A DNA stretch of 64,000 bases from Alphaproteobacteria bacterium (GTDB taxonomy: Bacteria; Pseudomonadota; Alphaproteobacteria; GCA-2746255). Shown in pieces: positions 19,948 to 29,643 of this stretch (positions within the stretch are counted from its first letter, which is position 1; each line of letters opens with the position of its first letter). The notes below the pieces were generated by a model. The model was not told the DNA's origin, searched no databases, and saw nothing but the letters and a program-made list of their open reading frames with translations. The stretch spans positions 742,497 to 806,496 of the forward strand of contig OZ252220.1 of NCBI GenBank assembly GCA_965249135.1. Direction: 5' to 3'. The position numbers and the translations under genes were made by a program.

Positions 19948-21078
19948 ATGAGAAAAATTGCCTTTCTTTATGTCCTTCGTCAGCTTGCCTGGGCGACGGT
20001 GCTCGTCTGCGTGGGCCTCACCTGTGTGATCTGGCTGACCCAGTCGCTTCATTTCGTCGACCTGATCGTCAACCGTGGCATCGATCTTTCGGCCTTTGCC
20101 TCGTTGACCCTCTACCTATTGCCGACCTACCTCGTCATCGTCATCCCGATCGCGTTCTTTGCCGCCGTGCTGTTTACCTACAACAAGCTGATCGTCGACA
20201 GTGAATTGATCGTGCTTCGTGCAGCGGGATTGCGCCCTCAAACCCTGGCGGCGCCCGCGCTTGTGCTCGCGCTCATGCTTACTGCCATCTGCTATAGCGC
20301 AACGCTTTATTTTCTTCCCAACTCTTACCGGGAATTCAAGGACCTTCAATTCCTGTTCCGCCACAGCTATTCCGCCGTCCTACTGAGGGAGGGTGTCTTT
20401 AACTCCTTCGGCGAAGGGCTCACCGTTTATGTGCGCGAGCGTGCCGGAAATGACGAACTCTACGGCATTTTGATGCACGATAGCCGAAACACGAAGCAAT
20501 CCGTGACGATCATGGCCGAGCACGGCAAGTTCGTGCGAACGGATACCGGCCCCAAAGTCATTTTGCTCAATGGAAATCGTCAGGAAATCGATGAAGAGAC
20601 GTCTCGCCTGCAACTCCTCTATTTCGATCGGTACACGGTCGATTTGGGCAATGTTGGACAGGCCCCCGGCTATCGCTGGCGGGAGCCGCGCGAGCGTTAC
20701 CTCCCCGAACTCTTCTTTCCGACAAGTTCCGAAGATGATCAGAACAACAAGGGGAAACTGATCGCCGAGGGGCACCAACGGCTGGTCTCCCCCCTTTACA
20801 ATCTTAGCTTCCTGTTCATCGCGCTTGCCACCCTCTTGTCCGGCGATTTCAATCGGCGCGGACAGACCGTACGCATTCTTACTGCGGTTGGTTTTGCGAT
20901 CGTCGTTGAGTTCCTCGGCATTGGCCTTAACAACCTTGCGGCGAAAATACCGATAACGATTCCATTGATGTATTTGAATGTCGTCCTTCCGATCGCCATC
21001 GGCTATCACCTCCTGGCAACGGGAAGCTTTCGCAAGCGGCTGATCCCGGCCACGGAACAGGAACCACGAGCCGGGTAG
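19948..21078 (+). CDS. lptF: LPS export ABC permease LptF
   Basis: YjgP/YjgQ pattern (DSEL.V..AAG); divergent from pepA, followed by lptG-lptD. Confidence 0.9.
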   Translation: MRKIAFLYVLRQLAWATVLVCVGLTCVIWLTQSLHFVDLIVNRGIDLSAFASLTLYLLPTYLVIVIPIAFFAAVLFTYNKLIVDSELIVLRAAGLRPQTLAAPALVLALMLTAICYSATLYFLPNSYREFKDLQFLFRHSYSAVLLREGVFNSFGEGLTVYVRERAGNDELYGILMHDSRNTKQSVTIMAEHGKFVRTDTGPKVILLNGNRQEIDEETSRLQLLYFDRYTVDLGNVGQAPGYRWREPRERYLPELFFPTSSEDDQNNKGKLIAEGHQRLVSPLYNLSFLFIALATLLSGDFNRRGQTVRILTAVGFAIVVEFLGIGLNNLAAKIPITIPLMYLNVVLPIAIGYHLLATGSFRKRLIPATEQEPRAG

Positions 21079-21086
21079 GAGAAGCG

Positions 21087-22181
21087 GTGCAAGTTTCAAC
21101 CATCCTCTCGCGTTATATCGGCCGACAGTTTCTGCTTGGCTTCCTTGCCATGTTGGCCTTGCTGGTTACGCTTATCCTATTCATCGACATCGTCGAATTG
21201 CTGCGGCGATCGGCCGTGCGTCCCGCCGTTACGATGGGTGACGTTTTCGGAATGGCCTTCCTGAAAATGCCCGATATGGCACAGAAAATAACGCCATTTG
21301 CCATCCTGTTCAGTGGCTTGTTCGTCTTCTGGCGTTTGGCGCGACACCACGAGCTTGTCGTCATCCGAGGCGCGGGTCTTTCCGCCTGGCAGTTCCTGCT
21401 TCCGGTGCTGATCGTTGCCATCGGTATTGGGATTTTCAAAATTGCGGTTTTCAACCCACTCGCCTCCATCATGCTTACCCGATACGAGCAATTGGAAAAC
21501 AAGTTGCTTCGTGGGAGGTCGAGCCTGCTTGCGCTCTCCACTTCCGGGCTTTGGTTGCGTCAAGCGAACGAAAACGATCAGTCGGTCATTCACGCGTTAC
21601 GCATGTCCCAGGACGATATGTCGTTCCAAGGCGTCACCATCTTCCTTTTTGAGGGAGCGGATCGCTTCACGAGCAGGATCGATGCCGAGTCTGCGCGTTT
21701 GCAGAAGGGGTATTGGCAATTGAAGAACGCGTGGCTCTCCGCCCCGGATCGTCCGGCGAAGTATGCCGGAAGCTATCGCGTAAAAACGGACCTTACGATC
21801 GAGAAGATTCAGGACAGCTTCGCCTCACCGGAAACGCTCTCCTTCTGGGAACTCCCGATTTTCATCGATACCCTGGAAAAAGCCGGCTTTTCAGCCAGGC
21901 GGCATCGACTGCACTGGCATTCCCTGCTGGCTGAGCCCTTGCTGTTTTGCTCGATGGTGCTGATTGCCGCAACGTTTATGCTGCGACGCAGCCGTACGAC
22001 AAACAATGCGGCGCTGATTGCGATGGCGGCATTGGCGGGATTTCTTCTTTTTTTCCTTTCGGACGTCGTGCGCGCGCTTGGTCTTTCCGAGAAACTGCCC
22101 GTCGTGCTGGCCGCTTGGACGCCGGCCGGCGTCACCATGCTCCTTGCCCTTGCCATGATTCTCCACCTTGAGGATGGCTAA
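21087..22181 (+). CDS. lptG: LPS export ABC permease LptG
   Basis: HELVVIRGAGLSAWQF, SFWELP.FI, LAAWTP, HLEDG C-terminus. Confidence 0.9.
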   Translation: MQVSTILSRYIGRQFLLGFLAMLALLVTLILFIDIVELLRRSAVRPAVTMGDVFGMAFLKMPDMAQKITPFAILFSGLFVFWRLARHHELVVIRGAGLSAWQFLLPVLIVAIGIGIFKIAVFNPLASIMLTRYEQLENKLLRGRSSLLALSTSGLWLRQANENDQSVIHALRMSQDDMSFQGVTIFLFEGADRFTSRIDAESARLQKGYWQLKNAWLSAPDRPAKYAGSYRVKTDLTIEKIQDSFASPETLSFWELPIFIDTLEKAGFSARRHRLHWHSLLAEPLLFCSMVLIAATFMLRRSRTTNNAALIAMAALAGFLLFFLSDVVRALGLSEKLPVVLAAWTPAGVTMLLALAMILHLEDG

Positions 22182-22186
22182 GCATC

Positions 22187-24355
22187 ATGCGCCGGCTGAG
22201 TCTCGTTGGACTGGCTGTCTGTTGGTTGCTCGGTCTCGTGCATCCCATGCCTGGCTACGGCGCGAAAGCGGCGAGTAGCGGTGAAACCCCCATTTTGCTT
22301 CGTGCCGACGAAGTGCGTCACGACGAGGAACGCGACGTCGTCATTGCCCGCGGGAAGGTGGAAATCACCCAAGGTGCGCGCATTCTCCTTGCCGACACGG
22401 TGACCTACAACGAACGCGCCGATCTCCTCACCGCTTCCGGGAATGTCATACTGATGGAACCCACCGGTGAAGTCGTCTTCGGCGATTACATGACGCTGAC
22501 CAATGACCTGCGGGAAGGTGTCGTTCGCCACATTCGCATGCGCCTTGAAGATGATTCGCGACTTGCCGCCGTATCCGGCACGCGCACGCAGGGCACCTTC
22601 TCGGAATTTCGCAAGACGGTGTTCTCCCCTTGCGATCTATGCAAAGAGGATCCAACCCGCGCACCTTTGTGGCAGTTGAAATCGATGAGTGTCACGCATG
22701 ACCGAATCGCCAGGGAAATTGAATATAAGGACGCCTTCTTCGAATTCTTCGGCGTCCCCATCGTTTACACGCCCTATCTTTCACACCCCGATCCGACGGT
22801 GAAACGGCGAAGCGGATTGCTCGCCCCAAGCTATGGCAGTTCGACCGAACTCGGATTGCGGGCGCAGATCCCGTACTATTTCAACATCGCCCCCGACAAG
22901 GATGCGACCTTCGCTCCGATCTTCACCTCGAAAGAAGGGGTCGTCCTGGCCGGCGAATACCGTCAGCATTTCACCCACGGCGAAATTGAAATCGCCGGCA
23001 GCATTACGGAGGCCGACGAACGGCAGGAAGGAATCGTCGTCCCTGGCAAAGAGGAAATCCGCGGCCATGTGAAAGGCAAGGCGCGCTTCGACCTCGATCG
23101 GACGTGGCGGACAGGTCTCGATGTCTTCCGTTCGACGGACGACACCTATCTTCGGCGATACGACTTCAGCAGCGAAGATACGCTGACGACGAATGCTTTT
23201 CTCGAAGGATTCCGTGGCCATAACTACGCGTCCGCAAATGCGTATCTCTTCCAGGGCCTGCGCCAGACGGACGATCCGGACGCGACGCCTCTCATTCTTC
23301 CCGTCATCGACTACAATTATGTCGGCAAGCCGAATCGTCGCGGTGCCCGCTGGAGCCTGGATGCCAACCTGCTTTCGCTTACCCGCGAGCTAGGCGCGGA
23401 CAGCCATCGCCTGTCCGTCAAGCCGGGCTGGCAGCTTACCCACACGGCGGCGGCCGGCCATGTGACGACGCTTTCGACATCGCTTCAAATGGATGGGTAT
23501 CTCAGCAACGACGTCACGGATGCGATCAACCCCGGCGGGGGCTTGCGGGATGGTTTCGCAGGCCGGGCCCATCCGCAACTCATGGTCGATTGGCGCTACC
23601 CCTTTGTTCGGGAAGACGGGCAGGCCCATCAACTGATCGAACCGGTGATCTCCTTCGTTGCCGCCCCCAACGGCGGGAATTCGGAAAAAATCTCGAACGA
23701 GGACAGTCAGAATTTCGAGTTCGACACGACGAATCTGCTGCTCCCAAGCCGCTTTACCGGCCTCGACCGGGTCGAGGGTGGCCAGCGGGTGAATTATGGG
23801 CTCAGACTCGGGGTCTTCGGCTCAGGGGGCGGTAACACGTCCATCTTCTTCGGCCAAAGCTATCGGATCCGGGAAGACAGCACCTTTACTGCGGGCTCCG
23901 GCCTGGAGGGCCACCTCTCCGACTTCGTCGGCGAGGTCGAAGTCTCCCCCATCAGCGACCTCAACGTGATTTACCGCACCCGCATGGACAAGGATGGCTT
24001 CCTGGCACAGCGCAGCGAGCTTGAATTTGGGGCCGGTCCGGCCGCCCTTCACGTCGACGTCAACTACTTCTTTATCCGGGGATCGGCCACCAACCCCGAG
24101 TTCGGCGATCGCGAGGAGCTCACCACTTCACTCCGTTCAAAAATAACGAAAAACTGGACGTTTCTCGCCTCGAACCGGCGGGATTTCGAGCTGGACAGCA
24201 CCCTCCATTGGAGCGCCGGCATCGGCTATGTGGACGAATGCGTCAACCTCTTGTTCACCTTCACCCGCAGCTTCACCCAGGATCGGGATGTGAAGCCGGC
24301 CGACATCTATTTCCTTCGCATCATCCTCAAACATCTTGGAGAAGTGGCCATCTGA
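22187..24355 (+). CDS. lptD: LPS-assembly protein LptD
   Basis: OstA N-domain, FSPC.LC, PDPTVKRRSGLL, NEDS, RFTGLDRVEGG. Confidence 0.93.
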   Translation: MRRLSLVGLAVCWLLGLVHPMPGYGAKAASSGETPILLRADEVRHDEERDVVIARGKVEITQGARILLADTVTYNERADLLTASGNVILMEPTGEVVFGDYMTLTNDLREGVVRHIRMRLEDDSRLAAVSGTRTQGTFSEFRKTVFSPCDLCKEDPTRAPLWQLKSMSVTHDRIAREIEYKDAFFEFFGVPIVYTPYLSHPDPTVKRRSGLLAPSYGSSTELGLRAQIPYYFNIAPDKDATFAPIFTSKEGVVLAGEYRQHFTHGEIEIAGSITEADERQEGIVVPGKEEIRGHVKGKARFDLDRTWRTGLDVFRSTDDTYLRRYDFSSEDTLTTNAFLEGFRGHNYASANAYLFQGLRQTDDPDATPLILPVIDYNYVGKPNRRGARWSLDANLLSLTRELGADSHRLSVKPGWQLTHTAAAGHVTTLSTSLQMDGYLSNDVTDAINPGGGLRDGFAGRAHPQLMVDWRYPFVREDGQAHQLIEPVISFVAAPNGGNSEKISNEDSQNFEFDTTNLLLPSRFTGLDRVEGGQRVNYGLRLGVFGSGGGNTSIFFGQSYRIREDSTFTAGSGLEGHLSDFVGEVEVSPISDLNVIYRTRMDKDGFLAQRSELEFGAGPAALHVDVNYFFIRGSATNPEFGDREELTTSLRSKITKNWTFLASNRRDFELDSTLHWSAGIGYVDECVNLLFTFTRSFTQDRDVKPADIYFLRIILKHLGEVAI

Positions 24356-24471
24356 TCCGTATAATAAGGGCCGGGAAGCGCTTCTTCTTTGCCAGACGGC
24401 CGGTCGATCGATAGAAGGCCTTGCGGGTGACGGACTCGATCCGAAGCGAAGTGCAGAAATTTCGAAATCAA

Positions 24472-25749
24472 ATGCGATTCCTTTTTCTCGCCACGTTATT
24501 GGTCGCGCTAGGACTGTCGCCTGTGCAGGCGGCGGAAACGCAACGCATCGCCGCCGTTGTCAACGAAGATGCCATCTCCGATTTCGATCTTGACGCTCGC
24601 ATACAGTTGATCGCTTTTACGGCGAACCTTCGCGACTCGACGGAAATCCTTCGTCGGATGATGCCCGATATTCTACGAACCCTGATCGACGAGCAATTGA
24701 AGATTCAGGAAGCGGCGCGACTCGAAATTAAAATCGAGGAGGAGGAGCTGGAAGCCGCGAAGCGGCGAATCGAAAGCCGGAACGGCATCCCGGATGGCGA
24801 CCTGAATGATACGTTGGCCAGAGAGGGCATTCCTCCTTCAACGGTCGTCACGCAGATTCACGCAGCCCTTGCCTGGGAAAAAATTGTCCGCAGACGGGTT
24901 TATCCGAGGATCATCATCAGCGAGGACGAAGTCGACGAACAGATGGCCCGGCTGCAGCAATTCGAAGGTGTGCCGGAATACCTGCTATCGGAGATCTTCC
25001 TTGCGGTTGAGGATCCGAACCACGAAGACGCCGTCCTTCAAACCATCAAGCAGGCGGCCGAGGAGGCACGTGCCGAGGCCAGCTCCTCCGAAGCCAATGC
25101 CGAGGCCAAGTTTCCCCGTCTCGCCAGGCAGTTTTCACAAGGGGTTACGGCACTTTCCGGCGGCGACCTTGGATGGATCCGGCAGGGGCAGCTGGAGCCG
25201 GAACTGGATCGGGTCGTCCTGCAAATGGAGGCAGGCGCCATCTCGGATCCGATCCGCTCGGAGGAAGGCTACCATGTCCTTTGGCTACGCGATCAGCGCA
25301 GGATCGGCGAAACGGGGGAATTGGATACCGTGAGCCTAAGCCAAATCCTGTTTCCGCTGCAGCCAAATGCCGAGCCGAACGACGTCAACGCCACCATCAC
25401 CAAGGCGCAGAATGAAAGAGCGAGTTTGAGTGGTTGCGTGGCGATGAATCGTTTAGCCGAAGTAATGGGCACACCCCTATCGGGCAGTCTGGGCACGGTG
25501 CAGCTGAGTCAGCTGGTGCAAAAATTGCGCGACACCGTGAGGGATCTGCCCATCGGTGTCCCAAGCGAGCCGATCCAGACGGAAGCCGGCATTCACCTTC
25601 TCATGGTATGCGATCGCCCGGATTCGACTGGCCCGGTCAACGACCGTCAACAGGTCCAACTGAACCTGACCATGGAAAAGCTGGACCTTCTCACCCGGCG
25701 CTACCTCCGCGACCTTCGCCGTACGGCCTTCGTAGACATTCGCTTATGA
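24472..25749 (+). CDS. surA: Peptidyl-prolyl isomerase / chaperone SurA
   Basis: IAAVVNEDAIS, rotamase GGDLGW; lptD-surA-pdxA-rsmA synteny. Confidence 0.88.
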   Translation: MRFLFLATLLVALGLSPVQAAETQRIAAVVNEDAISDFDLDARIQLIAFTANLRDSTEILRRMMPDILRTLIDEQLKIQEAARLEIKIEEEELEAAKRRIESRNGIPDGDLNDTLAREGIPPSTVVTQIHAALAWEKIVRRRVYPRIIISEDEVDEQMARLQQFEGVPEYLLSEIFLAVEDPNHEDAVLQTIKQAAEEARAEASSSEANAEAKFPRLARQFSQGVTALSGGDLGWIRQGQLEPELDRVVLQMEAGAISDPIRSEEGYHVLWLRDQRRIGETGELDTVSLSQILFPLQPNAEPNDVNATITKAQNERASLSGCVAMNRLAEVMGTPLSGSLGTVQLSQLVQKLRDTVRDLPIGVPSEPIQTEAGIHLLMVCDRPDSTGPVNDRQQVQLNLTMEKLDLLTRRYLRDLRRTAFVDIRL

Positions 25750-26771
25750 CCGTCTCGGCCGGCCGCTTGCCGCTGGCGCTCACCATGGGGGAGCCGGCAG
25801 GCATCGGCGGTGAAATTGCCCTGAAGGCCTGGGCAAACCATCACGCCCGTTTGCCTGCGTTTTTCCTGATCGACGATCTCGCCCGACTGGAACGGATGGC
25901 GGCCGATCTCGGCCTCGGCATGGCCCCGCACCCGATCGCGACCCCGGCCGAGGCGCCGGCGGCCTTTGCGAAGGGACTCCCCGTCCTTGCCCAGCCGGTT
26001 CCAAGGCCGCCTAGCCCCGGAAGGCCGAAGGTTGAGAACGTGCCCGCCGTTCTCGACGCGATCCGGCGCGCCGTCGCCACCGTCGAGGCCGACGCCGCCG
26101 CCGCCATCGTCACGTTGCCCATCCACAAGCATACCCTGACGGCGGCGGGCGTCGCCTATCGCGGGCATACGGAGTTCCTCGCCCACCTCGCCGGCAACGG
26201 CGTCGAACCGGTCATGCTGTTGGCCACCGACGCGCTTCGGGCCGTCCCCGTCACCATTCACGAGCCGCTTCGCACCGTCGCCGGCCACCTGACGAAGGAG
26301 CGGATCGTCCTTTGCGGCAAGATCGTGGCGAAAGCGCTGGTTCGCGATTTCGGGATCGCCAATCCCCGCCTTGCCGTCGCCGCCCTCAACCCCCATGCCG
26401 GCGAAATGGGCACCCTGGGCCACGAAGAACAAGAGGTCATCGCACCCGCCGTCACCGCCCTTCGCCAGCTCGGGATCGTGGTGGAAGGACCGCTCGCCGC
26501 CGACAGCCTGTTCCACGCAAAAGCGCGCGAAACCTATGACGCCGTCCTTTGCATGTACCACGACCAGGCCCTGATTCCCTTGAAGACGATTGATTTCACG
26601 GGCGGGGTCAATGTGACGCTCGGCCTTCCCTTCGTCCGCACCTCGCCGGATCATGGCACCGCCTTCGACATCGCAGGTCAAGGGATCGCCGATGAGACCA
26701 GCCTCGTCGCAGCGCTTCGGCTTGCCGACGCCATCGCCACCCGCCGGCGTGAAGCCAAAGTCCCCGCGTGA
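25746..26771 (+). CDS. pdxA: 4-hydroxythreonine-4-phosphate dehydrogenase
   Basis: MGEPAGIGGE, GHTEFL, NPHAGE, MYHDQ, RTSPDHGTAFDIAG. Confidence 0.96.
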   Translation: MTVSAGRLPLALTMGEPAGIGGEIALKAWANHHARLPAFFLIDDLARLERMAADLGLGMAPHPIATPAEAPAAFAKGLPVLAQPVPRPPSPGRPKVENVPAVLDAIRRAVATVEADAAAAIVTLPIHKHTLTAAGVAYRGHTEFLAHLAGNGVEPVMLLATDALRAVPVTIHEPLRTVAGHLTKERIVLCGKIVAKALVRDFGIANPRLAVAALNPHAGEMGTLGHEEQEVIAPAVTALRQLGIVVEGPLAADSLFHAKARETYDAVLCMYHDQALIPLKTIDFTGGVNVTLGLPFVRTSPDHGTAFDIAGQGIADETSLVAALRLADAIATRRREAKVPA

Positions 26772-27613
26772 CGAACGCGCTCGCTTCTGCCCGCCCGCCC
26801 TTGCGCGAGGTGATTCGGCGCCACGGCCTCAACGCCAAGCGGCGTCTGGGCCAGCATTTTCTTCTCGATTCGAATTTGACACGCAAGATCGCTGAAGCCG
26901 CGGGCGATCTTGGCGCATGTTCGGTGATCGAGATCGGCCCAGGCCCGGGCGGCCTCACGCGCGCGCTGCTCGATGCCGGCGCGAAACGGGTGGTGGCGAT
27001 CGAGCTTGATCCACGCTGCGTGAAGGCCCTCGAAGACCTCGTCGCAGAATGTGCGGACCGTCTTTGCGTGCTGGAGGGCGATGCGCTGACGACCGAGCCC
27101 GCCGAGATGGCGCCGCCGCCGCGCCGCATCGTCGCCAACCTTCCTTACAACATCGCCACGCCGCTTCTGCTGAAATGGCTTTATGCGGCGGATCAGGTGG
27201 AGGAAATGATCCTCACCTTCCAGAAGGAGGTGGCGGCACGGCTCTCCGCAAAGCCACGCTCGAAGGCGTATGGACGGCTTTCCGTCATCACCCAGTGGCG
27301 GACGGAAGTAACGCACTTGTTCGACATCGGCCCGAAGGCCTTCGTGCCGCCGCCGAAGGTCGCCTCCAGCGTTGTTCGCCTGCGCCCACGTAAGGAACCC
27401 TTAGCGCCTGCCGATATCACGAGGCTCGGCCAAGTCACCCAGGCGGCCTTCGGCCAACGGCGCAAGATGCTGCGGACGAGCCTGCAAACACTCGGGCCGG
27501 AGGCGGAAGCGCTGATCAAGGCGGCCGGCATCGTGCCCACGGCGCGCGCCGAAGAGCTTGCCGTCGAAGAATTCTGTGCGCTAGCGCGCGCACTTGCCGA
27601 GCGTTCCGATTAG
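26768..27613 (+). CDS. rsmA: 16S rRNA m6(2)A1518/1519 dimethyltransferase
   Basis: LGQHFL, EIGPGPGGLT, ANLPYNI, FQKEVA, FGQRRKMLR. Confidence 0.96.
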   Translation: MTNALASARPPLREVIRRHGLNAKRRLGQHFLLDSNLTRKIAEAAGDLGACSVIEIGPGPGGLTRALLDAGAKRVVAIELDPRCVKALEDLVAECADRLCVLEGDALTTEPAEMAPPPRRIVANLPYNIATPLLLKWLYAADQVEEMILTFQKEVAARLSAKPRSKAYGRLSVITQWRTEVTHLFDIGPKAFVPPPKVASSVVRLRPRKEPLAPADITRLGQVTQAAFGQRRKMLRTSLQTLGPEAEALIKAAGIVPTARAEELAVEEFCALARALAERSD

Positions 27614-28245
27614 CCTTCGCGCAATCCCTGGACGAAATCCGAAAGCCCGATCCGGCGTTCACGGCGCAGCCGCTCGGCCTTCAGGATCGCAACGATCGCC
27701 TCCACGCTTTCCTCGAGATCATCATTGACGACCAGGTAATCGAACTCGTCCCAGTGGCTGATTTCGCCCGCCGCCTTCGCCATCCGTTTCTGCACGACCT
27801 CCTCACTGTCCTGGGCGCGCGTATGAAGCCGGCGGTTCAGCTCCTCCGTCGAAGGCGGAAGGATAAACACGCTGACGAGATCGCCATCGGCCACCCCGCG
27901 CAACTGCCGGTTTCCCTGCCAGTCAATATCGAGCAACACGTCCTTGCCTGCCTTAAGGCTTGCCTCTACGACCGCCTTCGGCGTGCCGTAGGCATGACCG
28001 AAGACTTCCGCGTGTTCGAGAAAGGCGCGTTGCGCGACCATCTGCTCGAAGGTCTTCGCATCCACGAAATGATAGTCCTTGCCCTCCGCCTCGCTTAGCC
28101 GTTTCGGCCGGGTCGTGTAGGAGACGGACATCGCGATTAAGGAATCACGCCGCAGCAGCTCATGTGCAATGGTCGTCTTCCCTGCCCCGGACGGCGAAGA
28201 AATCACCAGCATCAATCCACGACGGGGAATATCCGGCTTTGGCAT
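27610..28245 (-). CDS. gmk: Guanylate kinase
   Basis: SSPSGAGKTT, TTRPKR..E..GKDYHF, DIDWQG. Confidence 0.96.
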   Translation of the reverse strand: MPKPDIPRRGLMLVISSPSGAGKTTIAHELLRRDSLIAMSVSYTTRPKRLSEAEGKDYHFVDAKTFEQMVAQRAFLEHAEVFGHAYGTPKAVVEASLKAGKDVLLDIDWQGNRQLRGVADGDLVSVFILPPSTEELNRRLHTRAQDSEEVVQKRMAKAAGEISHWDEFDYLVVNDDLEESVEAIVAILKAERLRRERRIGLSDFVQGLREG

Positions 28246-28471
28246 GTCGGCTACATATCCGCAATCAAGCGCCCCGGCAAGGACTTCGTGAGCCGCGGCG
28301 AAAGGAGCGCGAAGGCCAGGGAATAGGTTGAAATGCCTCCGACTTTCCGGTTGCAGCCCGGTTCTCAAAGACGCATGATGGAAGACGAGCGGCATCCCTT
28401 GGCATAGAAGCCCGGATACGCAACCAATTGACGTATCCGGAGAAACCAGGCGTTCAGGAGAGAAAACCCAG

Positions 28472-29575
28472 ATGGAAATCACCGCTGCAATTGCGCGCGA
28501 GGCGAACAAGCCCTTCTCGGTTGAGAAGATCGAGCTCGACGAGAACATCCGTGACAACGAGGTTCTTGTCCGCGTCGTCGCCGCCGGCATGTGCCATACG
28601 GACGTCGTCTGCCGCGACCAGTATTATCCGGTCCCCCTTCCTTTTGTTCCCGGCCATGAAGGCTCCGGTGTCGTCGAGGCCGTCGGCAAAGGCGTCACGA
28701 AAGTTGTCCCCGGCGATCATGTCGTGCTCACCTTCAACTATTGCGGCACCTGTCCAAGCTGTCAGGAAGGCGATCCCGGTTATTGCCATAACCTGTTTGG
28801 CTTCAATTTCGGCTGCGCCCGGCCGTCCGACGGTTCGGGGACGTTAAAAAAGGACGGCGAGCTTATCCACGGTTATTTTTTCAGCCAATCCTCCTTCGGC
28901 GAACATGCGATCGCGACGGAACGCAACATCGTCAAGGTGCGCAAGGACGCGCCGCTGGAACTGCTTGGCCCACTCGGCTGTGGTATCCAGACGGGTGCGG
29001 GCGGCGTGATGAACTCGCTTCATCCGCGCGCCGGCACCAGCATCGCCGTCTTCGGCGCAGGCGGCGTGGGGCTTAGCTCGATCATGGCCGCCGTCGTCGT
29101 CGGCTGCACGACGATCATCTCGGTGGATGTGAAACCATCCCGGCTGAAACTCGCTAAGGAACTAGGCGCAACGCACACCATCGATGCTTCGAACACAAAC
29201 CCCATCGAGGAAATCCAGAAGATCACCGGCGGCGGCGCGAATTACACCTTGGAGACGACGGCCGTGCCTGAAGTGCTTCGTCAATGCGTCGATTCGCTGA
29301 CCCTTCGGGGGGTCTGCGGCGTCATCGGCGCCGCCCCGCTCGGAACCGAGGTTTCGCTCGACGTGAACAACATCATGTTCGGACGCACAATCCGCGGCAT
29401 CATCGAGGGCGACAGCGTGCCCGACATCTTCATCCCGCGGATGATCGACCTCTTCATGCAAGGCCGCCTCCCGATCGACAAGCTAATGAAGAAATATCCG
29501 CTTGCCGACATTAACGATGCGGTGGCCGATTCAGCAAAAGGCACGGCGATCAAGCCGATTCTGATGATGTCGTAA
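28472..29575 (+). CDS. Zn-dependent aryl/benzyl-alcohol dehydrogenase (MDR family)
   Basis: CHTD, GHEGSG, structural Zn C-x2-C-x2-C-x7-C, FFSQSSF, LGPLGCGIQTGAG, IEGDSVP..FIP; AGGAG RBS. Confidence 0.85.
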   Translation: MEITAAIAREANKPFSVEKIELDENIRDNEVLVRVVAAGMCHTDVVCRDQYYPVPLPFVPGHEGSGVVEAVGKGVTKVVPGDHVVLTFNYCGTCPSCQEGDPGYCHNLFGFNFGCARPSDGSGTLKKDGELIHGYFFSQSSFGEHAIATERNIVKVRKDAPLELLGPLGCGIQTGAGGVMNSLHPRAGTSIAVFGAGGVGLSSIMAAVVVGCTTIISVDVKPSRLKLAKELGATHTIDASNTNPIEEIQKITGGGANYTLETTAVPEVLRQCVDSLTLRGVCGVIGAAPLGTEVSLDVNNIMFGRTIRGIIEGDSVPDIFIPRMIDLFMQGRLPIDKLMKKYPLADINDAVADSAKGTAIKPILMMS

Positions 29576-29643
29576 GCCATTCGTCCGTTCTGGACGGACA
29601 AGTGACCATGGAGGGTCTCCTTCATGGCCGCAATTTTTTGCCG

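Noticed and set aside
28388..28416. sigma-54 promoter for the alcohol dehydrogenase (CGGCATCCCTTGGCA / TGGCATAGAAGCCCG)
   Set aside because: GG-to-GC spacing is 9 nt in one reading and the -12 TTGC is missing in the other.
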